From Chthoniobacteraceae bacterium (GTDB lineage Bacteria; Verrucomicrobiota; Verrucomicrobiia; Chthoniobacterales; Chthoniobacteraceae): a DNA stretch of 64,000 nt. Shown here piece by piece: positions 9,784 through 18,838 of this stretch (position 1 is its first letter; the number at the start of each line of letters is the position of its first letter). Where the stretch lies: assembly GCA_031409655.1 (NCBI GenBank), contig JANNXQ010000012.1, positions 1 to 64,000 of the forward strand. Direction: 5' to 3'. The notes beneath the pieces were generated by a model that did no database searches, had not been told where the DNA came from, and saw only the letters and a program-made list of their open reading frames with translations. The position numbers and the translations under genes were made by a program.

Positions 9784-9946
9784 GCAGGTCTTCTGACTCC
9801 GAGGCCATCCTACTCGCCCCGCCTTGCCGCGTCTGGGCGCGGTGGCAACTGGTCTTGGGGCTTTCGTCGCTCGATACAGCGGCGCAACCGCTCAGGATTC
9901 ACACCTGATTCCCTATTCTCCCTGAGCCGTGGCTCAGGGCACTTTT
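9784..9946 (-). ncRNA. Cobalamin (B12) riboswitch upstream of nrdB-dcd-nrdA
   Basis: Minus strand reads AAGTGCCCTGAGCC-AC-GGCTCAGGG-AGAATAGGGAATCAGGTGTGAATCCTGAGCGGTTGCGCCGCTGT...GCCAC...CAAGGC...GAGTCAGAAGACCTGC. This matches the AGGGAA-x3-GGTG-x2-AATCC core and the terminal B12 box AGYCAGRAGACCTGC. Confidence 0.9.
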
Positions 9947-9956
9947 TCGCTATTTA

Positions 9957-9972
9957 CCACCATATGTAGTGG
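9957..9972. promoter_or_regulatory. NrdR box (proximal)
   Basis: ccaCcATATgTaGtgg matches the 16-bp NrdR palindrome acaCwAtATaTwGtgt and lies immediately upstream of the nrd leader. Confidence 0.8.
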
Positions 9973-9988
9973 AGGCCATCAAAGAACT

Positions 9989-10004
9989 ACGCTTTATGTA
10001 GTGC
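9989..10004. promoter_or_regulatory. NrdR box (distal)
   Basis: acgCtttATgTaGtgc lies 32 bp from the first box, the roughly three-helical-turn spacing typical of tandem NrdR boxes. A TTGACG -35-like hexamer is on the minus strand at 10024-10019. Confidence 0.7.
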
Positions 10005-10454
10005 CGCACACTCTCGGGCGTCAAGCGCATCTTCACCTTTCTTTTCCATCCCCGGCCTGCGCCGCCGGTGCGAGGAGAAAGGCACCGGATGGCGCCGCTT
10101 TCGGCCCCCTAAAGTGCGCCGGAGACCAGCGCTTCACTGAGCGGCGAAAAGTAGCGTTGCGCGCCACTCGAACGCACGACATTTCGGCGACGATTCGTGC
10201 GCTCGTCGGTCGCCAAGCCTGCCCCATTCACACCGCTGCCGGCGCAGGGCGCAACAGGGAAGCGCACCGGAGGACGGACTCGCACGGCCATGCATCGGCG
10301 GAGGGAGGAATGGGCCTGCCGCCGTATACGCGAGCAACCGCGCGGCGGGTATCTGGCGGACCATGCGGGCGGGAGATATAAATCAACTCGACGGTCTCAT
10401 TCGCCATTTCGCGCCTTAGCGCCGTTAAAGACCGCGCTCGCCGGAGGTTTGGCG

Positions 10455-11545
10455 ATGGCGGCGTTTTCCCTCCCTCTGACCTCGCTTGGCGCGGGCACGG
10501 TGGTGCCGCCGGTGCGGATCCTCGACACTCACGGTTCCAGCAATGAAGGCGATTGGACGGAGGTGAATGGCTTGCCATGGGCGAATCCGCGCAACCTCGT
10601 CCTCGACAATGGCCGCATCCGGATCACCTATCCGGCGGCGTCCAGCTGGGAGAAGGCAGGCCACTTGTTGCACGTGAACTTAGGCGGTGTGTATCAGTTG
10701 GCGGGAGATGCCGAAATGGGTGACTGGACCTATGTGGGCAGCAGCTTTAGCGATTCGATGACGAGTTTTGCCATCGTCAAGAACACGCCCGAGATTGCGC
10801 AAGTCCGCCTCAGCTTCGCGGCTCACCAGCACGAGTATCAAAACAACGCGTTGCTTCCCGTGGAGAAGACCATCGTCCTCCATCGCGGAGCCTGGGGTTA
10901 TCGGGCGATGGTCCAGATGGCGAGCAATCTGCCCGGGGAACGCGAGGTGGGCTTTGGTGGGACTGAGACCCATCTCTTCAGCTACACAAATGAGCAGGGA
11001 ATCCTCTGGAACGCGGACAAGCCGCCGCCGTCAGCGGCGACCACGGATGGCACGGACGTCGTGTTTCTCCGGGACGATGCGCAGTCGGCCGGCGATTGGT
11101 GGGGTGCCAGCCTGGCCTTTAGTCGTAGCTACTACCGCCTGGTGTCCTTGCGGCCCGGAAATCCGGCCAAGTTGCGCACAGGCCAGTATGTCGGCGGGAG
11201 TACCGGGCACCTGATCCACTGGGCCTTTGAGGGCATGTCCAGCTACGAAGCCTTCATCGCGGCGGTCCCCTATGACGGCACCATGGCCCCGCGCGTCACT
11301 GTGCGCGGGGGCAAAGCGGTGGTCAATGCGCCGCGGTCCGGCCTTACAGCCTTTACACCCGGGCGATCGTCGGACGGCGTCATACTTACCTGCCGGCCAA
11401 GAGGGGGCTCGTGCTCCGCGCCGGCACCAACACCGTGAATGTACAGGGGGTGCGCCTGGTTGCTCCCATCCTGGTGCCCGTCTCGGATGGCGCGAATCTG
11501 CCGGAAGACATTTCGAGCAAGTATCGCAACGGGGATTTCGATTGA
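10455..11545 (+). pseudogene. Hypothetical beta-rich (probably exported) protein interrupted by a 1-nt frameshift near 11343
   Basis: GGAGG at 10443-10447 precedes ATG 10455. Protein-like sequence runs to ...VNAPRSG, then continues in the -1 frame (YSLYTRAIVGRRHTYLPAKRGLVLRAGTNTVNVQGVRLVAPILVPVSDGANLPEDISSKYRNGDFD*, TGA 11543-11545). Confidence 0.55.
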
Positions 11546-11630
11546 GCGAGCAGTGCTGGCCGCAGGGTGCAGGCAGAGCCCGCTGGCGAGGAGTGTGGGG
11601 AGCAGCGGATGCGGAGCTTTCCAGGGTGAG

Positions 11631-12812
11631 TCATGGGCTGCGGGGTCCGTCATCCGGTGGGCGAAAACCTCTGCCAGGAGGCGACGGCCGATGCTCAGGC
11701 GAGGTTACTTTGCCGTCCCCATCTTTATCGAGGGACTTGAGCGACTCCGGGGCCTTGAGCAATTCCTCCGCGTCAATCACGCCGTCCCGATTCAGATCCA
11801 GCGCATCGACCACGGAGAGACCCGTCCCGCCGCCCGGTCCACGACCGAGTCCGCCTCCGGGAGGACCGCCCCCTTTACCGAAGCTCGGATCCGGCGTCCC
11901 GCGCCACATCCGCGGCACAAAAGGGAACTCCGGCGTGATGCAATAATAGTAAGTTCCCTTGGGAAAATCCGGAGTGACTCCGAAGCGTCCGTTACATTCG
12001 TCGAGATCGCCGCTGTTCTTCGTGTATTCAAAATCCTCGGTGAAGCGCCCGTCGTAGTTCCCTCCTGGCCCGCCCTCCTGCGCCGGACGCGCGCCTTGCC
12101 GCAGCCTGTGACTCGGCTTCATCTTACGCAGCGCACTCTGCGCGTCCCTGGCCTCCGCGTGAGCCCGGTCGGTATAGATCGGAAAGCCATCCGCCGCCCA
12201 GCCAACTTGGAGCATCTTCTTTCCATCACCACCGAGCCGCTCAATGAGCCCGACCGGGACCGCGTGGTAGTGATACGCACCCGTCGGTTGCACGTGGGCG
12301 TTATGTTCATCGAGCCCCAGATTCAGAAACCCCGACGCTGCTTCATAGCGCCAGCCCGATTGCCGATCGTCGTTCCAAGTCTCTGCCGTGCCTGGTTCAA
12401 AAGGTACCCCATTCAGCGCCACACCCCACCACCAGCCGCCGCGACGCTCGGGCGTCTCCGACATCCGCGGCTTCACTGGCACGCGGAAGGAGTAACTCTG
12501 TGCGGTCACTGCGTTCGGATTTCCGCGGCGCGGAAATGCACCCGGCGCATGGTCCGGCCACCCATTCGATTTGATGCTGCGAAAGTCACCCTCCGTGGTG
12601 ATGCTTACCTTATTCTCCACCTTGCCCGCCAACGGTGCCGCCGCCTGTCCACGCCGCGGAGGTGCGGCCTGTGCGAGGAAAAGGTCCGGCCCCTTCGTCG
12701 TCCCCGCGTCTTCGTCGTGGCCAGGGTGCGCGATCGCCACAGCGGCCAGGGCAAGCAGTGCCGTACCGCTTTCGCGGAGAGTCGAGAGGATGGAGGATGC
12801 GATGTCTTTCAT
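11631..12812 (-). CDS. Secreted YHYH-domain protein with C-terminal paired EF-hands
   Basis: Signal-like N-terminus ending AIA-HPGH; GVALNGVPF, LDEHNAHVQPTGAYHYH, GWAADGFPIY, GDLDECNGR; then a Gly/Pro linker and DLNRDGVIDAEE / DKDGDGKVTSPE. Confidence 0.85.
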   Translation of the reverse strand: MKDIASSILSTLRESGTALLALAAVAIAHPGHDEDAGTTKGPDLFLAQAAPPRRGQAAAPLAGKVENKVSITTEGDFRSIKSNGWPDHAPGAFPRRGNPNAVTAQSYSFRVPVKPRMSETPERRGGWWWGVALNGVPFEPGTAETWNDDRQSGWRYEAASGFLNLGLDEHNAHVQPTGAYHYHAVPVGLIERLGGDGKKMLQVGWAADGFPIYTDRAHAEARDAQSALRKMKPSHRLRQGARPAQEGGPGGNYDGRFTEDFEYTKNSGDLDECNGRFGVTPDFPKGTYYYCITPEFPFVPRMWRGTPDPSFGKGGGPPGGGLGRGPGGGTGLSVVDALDLNRDGVIDAEELLKAPESLKSLDKDGDGKVTSPEHRPSPPGRGFRPPDDGPRSP

Positions 12813-12953
12813 CGTCCGCATCCTCGCAGTTCCACCTTGAGCTACGATGAAGAAGACCGCTTCCTCAAAAAAATTCTCGCTCACCGATCCCCACTCCGCA
12901 ATGAGAGCAGCGCCATGGCTGGCGCTGCTCTCGGGGTCTGCAGAGTCTTTGAT

Positions 12954-13529
12954 TTACTGCTCGAAGGGAGGCCGCTGCGGACGGCCTTCGCCGCCAGGAG
13001 CGCCTGGCTCGCCGCCTGGTGGCCGGCCTTGGCCCCGAGCGCCCTGACCGCCGTCGGGGCCGCCCTGACCTTCGGGACGTCCTCCGCCCGCGCCCGGCCC
13101 TCCCTGACCACCGGCTCCGGGGCCACCCTGGCCGCCGGGCCGTAGAGGGCGATACTCGGCTTCGGTCAGCTTGCCGTCGTTGTTCTTGTCGAGTTTTTTG
13201 AGGGAGGCTGCGGCCTGGTTGAGTTCCTCGGCGTCGATGGTGCCGTCTTTGTTCAAGTCGAGTGCTTCGATGATCGGGCTCATGCCGCGCTGTCCGCCTG
13301 GGCCGCCACCGGCTTGCCCCGGACCTCCCTGGCCGGGTCCACCTTCGCGACGTCCGCCCTCTCCAACTTGTCCTTCGGGCCGGCCTTCGCCGCGCTGGCG
13401 ACCTTCGCCGCTGCCCTGGCGCTGGCCGCCGCCGGGAGGGCCGCCGGCGGGTGGCTTGCCCTCCTGGGCGGTGATGGAGACGGAGGATGCGCCGAGAGTC
13501 AGCGCGAGGATGATGATTTGTTTTTTCAT
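12954..13529 (-). CDS. Secreted Gly/Pro/Gln-rich protein with two EF-hands
   Basis: Signal peptide [33 protein letters not shown] and [12 protein letters not shown] flanked by GGQGGPGA repeats. Confidence 0.85.
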   Translation of the reverse strand: MKKQIIILALTLGASSVSITAQEGKPPAGGPPGGGQRQGSGEGRQRGEGRPEGQVGEGGRREGGPGQGGPGQAGGGPGGQRGMSPIIEALDLNKDGTIDAEELNQAAASLKKLDKNNDGKLTEAEYRPLRPGGQGGPGAGGQGGPGAGGGRPEGQGGPDGGQGARGQGRPPGGEPGAPGGEGRPQRPPFEQ

Positions 13530-13547
13530 GTTCGTGGTCTGGGTTGT

Positions 13548-14903
13548 TTACTTGGTTACTTCGAGGTTCGCGCTCGGCGCTGCTTCGATGCAGTAAAGCG
13601 CACGGTTGGAACGCAGAAAGAGTTGCCGGCCCGCGAGAGCGGGTGACGCGTTGAATTGCGTGTCGTCGCCGGCGATGCGGTTTTGGGCGACGAGCTTGAA
13701 GGCCGGCTTGGCTTCAAAGACGAAGGTCCCATTCTGGCGGCTCGGCGCATAGACGAGGCCATCGGCAATGACAGGGGAGGCATAGAATGGTTTGCCGCGC
13801 CCAGTGGAACTCGCGCCGGGCGCGCGTTCCTTATAGACGACATCGCCGGTCTTTCCATCCAGGCAGGTGGCAAAACCGGAGTCGCTGATAAAGTAGAGCC
13901 GGCCCTCGTGCAGCACCGGTGTGGGGATGTAAGTGCTGATGCTCCCAGCCCACGCGATGTGGGTCTTGGTCACGTCACCCTGGCCACCGCCGCGCACGGC
14001 TACGGCGCCGAGTCGCGGAAATCCGCCGCAGACATAGATCATTCCGTCGCCCACCACGACGCTGGTTGCGATGTTGCCAGTCAATCCGGTTTCGGCAAAC
14101 CAGCGTAACTTTCCGGTATCGGGATTGAGTCCCCAGAGTTCGCCCGGTGAGGAGAAGATCAGATCGGTGCGACCATCGGTCTCCAACAGCGCGGGGGTGC
14201 TGAAGTTGTTGTAAAGTCCGGCACCTTCCGCTCGCCACGCGATCTTACCAGTCTTCTTCTCGACAGCGATGAGCGCATGGCTTTCCTCCGAGGCATTGAT
14301 AATGACGAAGTCCTTGTAAAGAATGGGACTGCCACCGGAACCCCAGCCCTTGCGATTGGACTCGGTCCCAAGATTGGTCTGCCAGAGCTGCTTGCCTGCG
14401 AGATCGAAAGCCAGCGCGCCACTTTTGCCAAAGAAGACATAGACGCGCTCGCCGTCGCTCGTCGGGGTCTGACTGGCGTAACCATGCTCCATGAGGAAGC
14501 CCCCATAGCCATCCTCCGGCTGCGCTGCCGGCACCGTGCTGGACCAGGCGATCTTTCCATCCGCGCGATGCACACACACCAGATGGCGCTGGAGCTTTGG
14601 CAAGTCGGCGCCGCTCGTCCCGTCGCCGTAGCCAGAGTAGCAAGTGAGGAAGATACGATCTCCCACGATGATCGGGCTGCTGGCGCCGGGCCCGGGGAGT
14701 TCCGCCTTCCAGCGGATATTCTGCGACTCGCTCCAGGTGGTCGGTGGTTTCGCCTGCGCGGCTGAGCCGGTGCCATTCGGACCGCGGAAGCGGGTCCAGT
14801 CCTCGGCGCTTGCCCAGAACGATGCGAGCAAACTGAGGGCGCCGGTTAGGGCGATGCTGTGGCGAAAGTGTCTCGCGAAGGAGGGATTTCTTGGGAGGTT
14901 CAT
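13548..14903 (-). CDS. Secreted PQQ-binding-like beta-propeller protein
   Basis: Signal peptide then EDWTRFRGPNGTG, WKAELPGPGASSP, YASQTP, WGSGGSP, FNASPA - the PVC-expanded propeller family. Confidence 0.85.
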   Translation of the reverse strand: MNLPRNPSFARHFRHSIALTGALSLLASFWASAEDWTRFRGPNGTGSAAQAKPPTTWSESQNIRWKAELPGPGASSPIIVGDRIFLTCYSGYGDGTSGADLPKLQRHLVCVHRADGKIAWSSTVPAAQPEDGYGGFLMEHGYASQTPTSDGERVYVFFGKSGALAFDLAGKQLWQTNLGTESNRKGWGSGGSPILYKDFVIINASEESHALIAVEKKTGKIAWRAEGAGLYNNFSTPALLETDGRTDLIFSSPGELWGLNPDTGKLRWFAETGLTGNIATSVVVGDGMIYVCGGFPRLGAVAVRGGGQGDVTKTHIAWAGSISTYIPTPVLHEGRLYFISDSGFATCLDGKTGDVVYKERAPGASSTGRGKPFYASPVIADGLVYAPSRQNGTFVFEAKPAFKLVAQNRIAGDDTQFNASPALAGRQLFLRSNRALYCIEAAPSANLEVTK

Positions 14904-15261
14904 GGTTACTTACCGGGCACAACGCCGGTGGGGTTTGTTCTTGTCTCGGTTTTTGCGGAGAGAATTGTCAGGGAAGTGTAAAGGTCGGGAATTGGGCACG
15001 TCCTCAGGGTTGACGAACGAACCTTGAGTTGAGATGAAGAAGTGTTTCCGAGCGACTTTAAAGACCGGACTGGAATTGCTTTTGGGATAGCGACGCCACG
15101 GTTGGTTGCGGTCGTGATACCCGCCGTGCGCCGATTCCGGAAGGCGAAACGACTTGCAGACGGACGGGGTGTTTGAGGATGGTGATTTGGACATTGTCTT
15201 TCCGACTGCGCGGGAAAACGGTAGCGGAACGCGGATGCAAACCTTCAACGACTAAACCTCC

Positions 15262-15801
15262 ATGCTGAAAAAAATCCTCCTTGGCTTCGTTGCCGTGAGC
15301 GTTGTCTTCCTCGTCATCGCCGCCTTCCAGCCCGCGGACTTCCAGATCTCGCGCACCGCGACGATCGCCGCCCCTCCCGCGGCGGTCTTCGAACAGATCA
15401 ATGACTTCCAGAAGTGGAACGCATGGTCCCCGTGGGCCAAACTTGATCCAAACGTAAAAAACACCTTCGACGGACCGACGGCGGGGGTTGGTGCTGGCTT
15501 TGCCTGGTCTGGCAATAACGAGGTGGGGGAGGGGAAGATGACGATCACGGAAAGCCAGCCGAACGAGCGGGTCGTGATGCGGCTGGAATTCACGAAGCCG
15601 TTTACGGCTACGAATACCACCGAGTTCACGCTCAAGCCGGAAGGCAACCTGACCACGGCTACCTGGAGTATGTCCGGGAAAAACAACTTCATGGGTAAAT
15701 GCCTGAGCCTCATCATGAACATGGACAAGCTGGTGGGCGGACAATTCGCGCAAGGGTTTGCGAATATGAAGGCCATCGTCGAACCGGCGGCGAAAGGCTA
15801 G
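15262..15801 (+). CDS. SRPBCC (polyketide cyclase-like) family protein
   Basis: N-terminal TM helix, WNAWSPW.KLDP, GVGA.FAWSGN.EVGEGKMTI, C-terminal GGQFAQGFANMK helix. Confidence 0.85.
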   Translation: MLKKILLGFVAVSVVFLVIAAFQPADFQISRTATIAAPPAAVFEQINDFQKWNAWSPWAKLDPNVKNTFDGPTAGVGAGFAWSGNNEVGEGKMTITESQPNERVVMRLEFTKPFTATNTTEFTLKPEGNLTTATWSMSGKNNFMGKCLSLIMNMDKLVGGQFAQGFANMKAIVEPAAKG

Positions 15802-15824
15802 ATTCACCCATTTGAATTCGCTCT

Positions 15825-16232
15825 ATGAAATACGCACCAACCGTCGCGGGCATCCTCCTTGGACTGCTCTTCATCATGTCATCCGTCGTGGTCCTCTTTA
15901 ATCTCGTCCAAATGCCGCCGCCGCCGGAAGGCTCGCCGGCGGCGATGTTCTTCGGGGCCTTCGGACCGACGGGATACATGACCTTTGTGAAAGTGCTCGA
16001 GTTAATCGGTGGCATCCTCGTGGCTATCCCGCGGACGCGGAATTTCGGCCTGCTTATCCTTGGGCCCATTCTCGTGAACATCCTCGCGTTTCACGTTTTC
16101 ATCCTGAAGGGGCAGGGGCTCGGAGATCCCATGCTCGTCATCATCGTCCTGCTCGCGCTCTACCTTCTGTGGTGCGCTCGCAGCGCCTTCGCGGGCTTGC
16201 TGAATTTGGGGACGCACAAGGCTTTGACGTAG
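15825..16232 (+). CDS. DoxX-like small membrane protein
   Basis: Four hydrophobic segments; [22 protein letters not shown]. Confidence 0.75.
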   Translation: MKYAPTVAGILLGLLFIMSSVVVLFNLVQMPPPPEGSPAAMFFGAFGPTGYMTFVKVLELIGGILVAIPRTRNFGLLILGPILVNILAFHVFILKGQGLGDPMLVIIVLLALYLLWCARSAFAGLLNLGTHKALT

Positions 16233-16300
16233 TTGCTGTCCGGAGGTTTCACCGCCGCTCGTCGTTCCATTGCAACCCCGATCTCTACCTCGAACTACCT

Positions 16301-17461
16301 GTGAGCAATATCCGTGTCCTGGTCGGCACCAAGAAGGGTGCCTTCATCCTCACGTCTGATGGAAAGCGTGAACAATGGGAGGTTAGCGGGCCCCACTTTG
16401 CCGGCTGGGAGATGTATCATCTCAAGGGATCGCCCTTGAACCTGGATCGCATCTATGCGTCGCAGACGAGCGATTGGTTTGGGCAGGTGATCCAACGCTC
16501 TGATGATGGCGGCAAGACTTGGGCGCCGCCAGATGGCCAGGCGCTGCCGATTCCCGGGGAGTCTCCGAAGGGTGAAAGTAACAAGTTCGCGTATGCAGGA
16601 GAGGTCGGAACGCATCAGTGGTATGATGGCACGCAGCATCCTTGGGAGTTTAAGCGAGTCTGGCATCTCGAGCCATCGCTCACCGAGCCAGATACCGTCT
16701 ATGCCGGGGTGGAGGATGCGGCGCTCTTTAAGTCCGCGGATGCCGGTTCGACTTGGAAGGAACTCCCTGGACTGCGCGCGGCGAAGGGCAACCTTTGGCA
16801 GCCGGGCGCGGGCGGCATGTGTCTGCACACCATCATCTTCGATCCTGGTAATACCCAACGCATCTACGCGGCCATCTCGGCGGCTGGCGCATTTCGCTCG
16901 GACGACGCTGGGATCACTTGGAAGCCCATCAACCGCGGCTTGAAGTCCGCCTATGAGCTTCCCGACCCGACGGCCGATGTCGGCCACTGCGTGCATCGCA
17001 TCGCCATGCATCCTTCGCGCCCGGACGTTCTTTACATGCAGAAACACTGGGACGTGATGCGCAGCGATAACGCCGGTGACATGTGGTACGAAGTGAGCGG
17101 CAATCTGCCCACGGATTTCGGCTTCCCGATCGAAGTGCATGCGCACGAACCCGAAACCATCTATGTGGTGCCGATCAAGAGTGACTCGGAGCACTTCCCG
17201 CCAGACGGGAAACTCCGCGTCTATCGCAGTCGCACCGGCGGCCATGAATGGGAGGCGCTCACGAACGGGTTGCCGCAGGAAAACTGTTTTGTGAATGTGC
17301 TGCGCGATGCCATGGCCGTGGACTCGCTTGAAGCGTGCGGCATCTACTTTGGCACCACGGGTGGTCAGGTCTATTGCTCGCCGGACGGCGGCGATTCCTG
17401 GAAGGCGATCGTCCGTGACTTACCCGCGGTCTATTCGGTCGAAGTGCAGACGCTGCCGTGA
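16301..17461 (+). CDS. BNR/Asp-box repeat beta-propeller (sialidase-like fold), cytoplasmic
   Basis: GTG start at 16301 ([10 protein letters not shown]); repeated S-x-D-x-G-x-T/S-W Asp boxes ([40 protein letters not shown]); no signal peptide. Confidence 0.85.
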   Translation: MSNIRVLVGTKKGAFILTSDGKREQWEVSGPHFAGWEMYHLKGSPLNLDRIYASQTSDWFGQVIQRSDDGGKTWAPPDGQALPIPGESPKGESNKFAYAGEVGTHQWYDGTQHPWEFKRVWHLEPSLTEPDTVYAGVEDAALFKSADAGSTWKELPGLRAAKGNLWQPGAGGMCLHTIIFDPGNTQRIYAAISAAGAFRSDDAGITWKPINRGLKSAYELPDPTADVGHCVHRIAMHPSRPDVLYMQKHWDVMRSDNAGDMWYEVSGNLPTDFGFPIEVHAHEPETIYVVPIKSDSEHFPPDGKLRVYRSRTGGHEWEALTNGLPQENCFVNVLRDAMAVDSLEACGIYFGTTGGQVYCSPDGGDSWKAIVRDLPAVYSVEVQTLP

Positions 17462-17754
17462 TTCGCGTGGTGCTTCCTTATCACCTGCGCAATCTCGCCA
17501 GGGTCGGCGATGAGGTGCCAGTGGAGGTTGGAGGCCCGCAAACTATCGGCGCAGTTCTCGATGCGCTCGAGGCCGCTTATCCAACACTCCGGGGCACCAT
17601 CCGTGACCACGGGACTTTGCAGCGACGACCTTTCATCCGCTTCTTTGCCTGCCAGGAAGATTTCTCGCTCGCGCCTCCTGAAACGATGCTGCCGGAAGCC
17701 GTCACCTGCGGCGTTGAGCCATTCCTGATCGTCGGGGCAATGGCTGGCGGGTGA
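17458..17754 (+). CDS. MoaD/ThiS-family ubiquitin-like protein
   Basis: 98 aa beta-grasp-type sequence (IRVVLP..LR.LA, LEAAYP.L.G.I.D, RPFIRFF) ending in MAGG; overlaps the upstream stop by 4 nt (GTGA). Confidence 0.85.
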   Translation: MIRVVLPYHLRNLARVGDEVPVEVGGPQTIGAVLDALEAAYPTLRGTIRDHGTLQRRPFIRFFACQEDFSLAPPETMLPEAVTCGVEPFLIVGAMAGG

Positions 17755-17769
17755 CCCGCGGGTGACTGC

Positions 17770-18321
17770 CTAGATCAGCCCGAGCTTCATCTTACCTGCT
17801 TCGCTGATCATGGCTTGGTTCCACGGTGGATCCCAGACGAGCTGGACGTCGGCGTCGCCGACACCGGGGACGCTGAGGACTTTGGATTTGGCTTCCGCGG
17901 CGATCGTCGGACCCATGCCGCAGCCCGGAGCGGTGAGGGTCATTTTGACTTCGACCATCGCGCCATCCGCGGCGCGCGGTTTGATGATGCAATCGTACAC
18001 GAGGCCGAGATCGACGATGTTCACGGGGATCTCCGGGTCGTAGCAGGTGCGGAGTTGATCCCACACGGCTTTGTCGTCAACGGGGCCGAGATGCGGTTCT
18101 CGATCGGTCGTCGCGGGCAGGACGGTGGGTTCAATGCCGAGGGCGTCGGCGTCGCTGTCTTTGATTCGCGCCAGGCCGAAATCGGTGGCGACGGTATAGC
18201 TGCCCCCAAGGGCCTGGGTGATGAAGACGCGGGCGCTGGCAAGGAGCGTGATTTGTTCGCCGCTGGGGATGCGTGTGGCCTCGGTGTCGCGGGTCAGGAT
18301 TTTTTCGGTGTTCTCGTGCAT
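17770..18321 (-). CDS. sufT: Fe-S cluster assembly protein SufT (DUF59, long form)
   Basis: TQALGGSYTV N-domain; CYDPEIPVNIVDLGLVY, MTLTAPGCGMG, VWDPPW. Confidence 0.9.
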   Translation of the reverse strand: MHENTEKILTRDTEATRIPSGEQITLLASARVFITQALGGSYTVATDFGLARIKDSDADALGIEPTVLPATTDREPHLGPVDDKAVWDQLRTCYDPEIPVNIVDLGLVYDCIIKPRAADGAMVEVKMTLTAPGCGMGPTIAAEAKSKVLSVPGVGDADVQLVWDPPWNQAMISEAGKMKLGLI

Positions 18322-18333
18322 GGCAGGTGAAAT

Positions 18334-18834
18334 TTACGCAGGGCCGCCGGTTGCGGGTGGGGTGGGCTTGAGGATGATTTTCACTTTGCGCTCGGCATTG
18401 ACGGGCGGGGCGAAGCTCTCGACGAGCGTCGTGGCCTTGGGGGCGGGTGCCTTTGGGGTTTCGCCGGTGAGGGCGGAGCGGAGGGCTCCCTCGACGAGCT
18501 GGGCGCAGTGGATCTTCATCGGCGGCAACGCGCCGAGGGGTGCGGAGAGGTCGCCGCCGGACATCGAGAGGGCCTCGGCGACGGTCTTGCCGGCGATGAG
18601 TTCGGTGGCGACGCTGGCCACGGCGATGGCGGTCTCGCAGCCGAAGGTCTGGAAGGTCGCGCGGTCGATCACTTTTCGCCCGGAGCTGTCTTCCTTAAAT
18701 TTCACCCACATCCGCAGCATGTCGCCGCAGTCCGCGCTGCCCACGGTGCCCACGGAATCCGCGTCCGCCATTTCGCCGACATTCTTGGGATTGGCGATGG
18801 CGTCGGTGATGCGCTGTTGGAGGTCGTCGGGCAT
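18334..18834 (-). CDS. IscU/NifU-N type Fe-S scaffold protein
   Basis: NPKNVGEM, G.VGSADCGD, FQTFGC, LPPMKIHC (three conserved Cys plus an LPPVK-like motif). Start trimmed to ATG 18834. Confidence 0.88.
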   Translation of the reverse strand: MPDDLQQRITDAIANPKNVGEMADADSVGTVGSADCGDMLRMWVKFKEDSSGRKVIDRATFQTFGCETAIAVASVATELIAGKTVAEALSMSGGDLSAPLGALPPMKIHCAQLVEGALRSALTGETPKAPAPKATTLVESFAPPVNAERKVKIILKPTPPATGGPA

Positions 18835-18838
18835 GACT

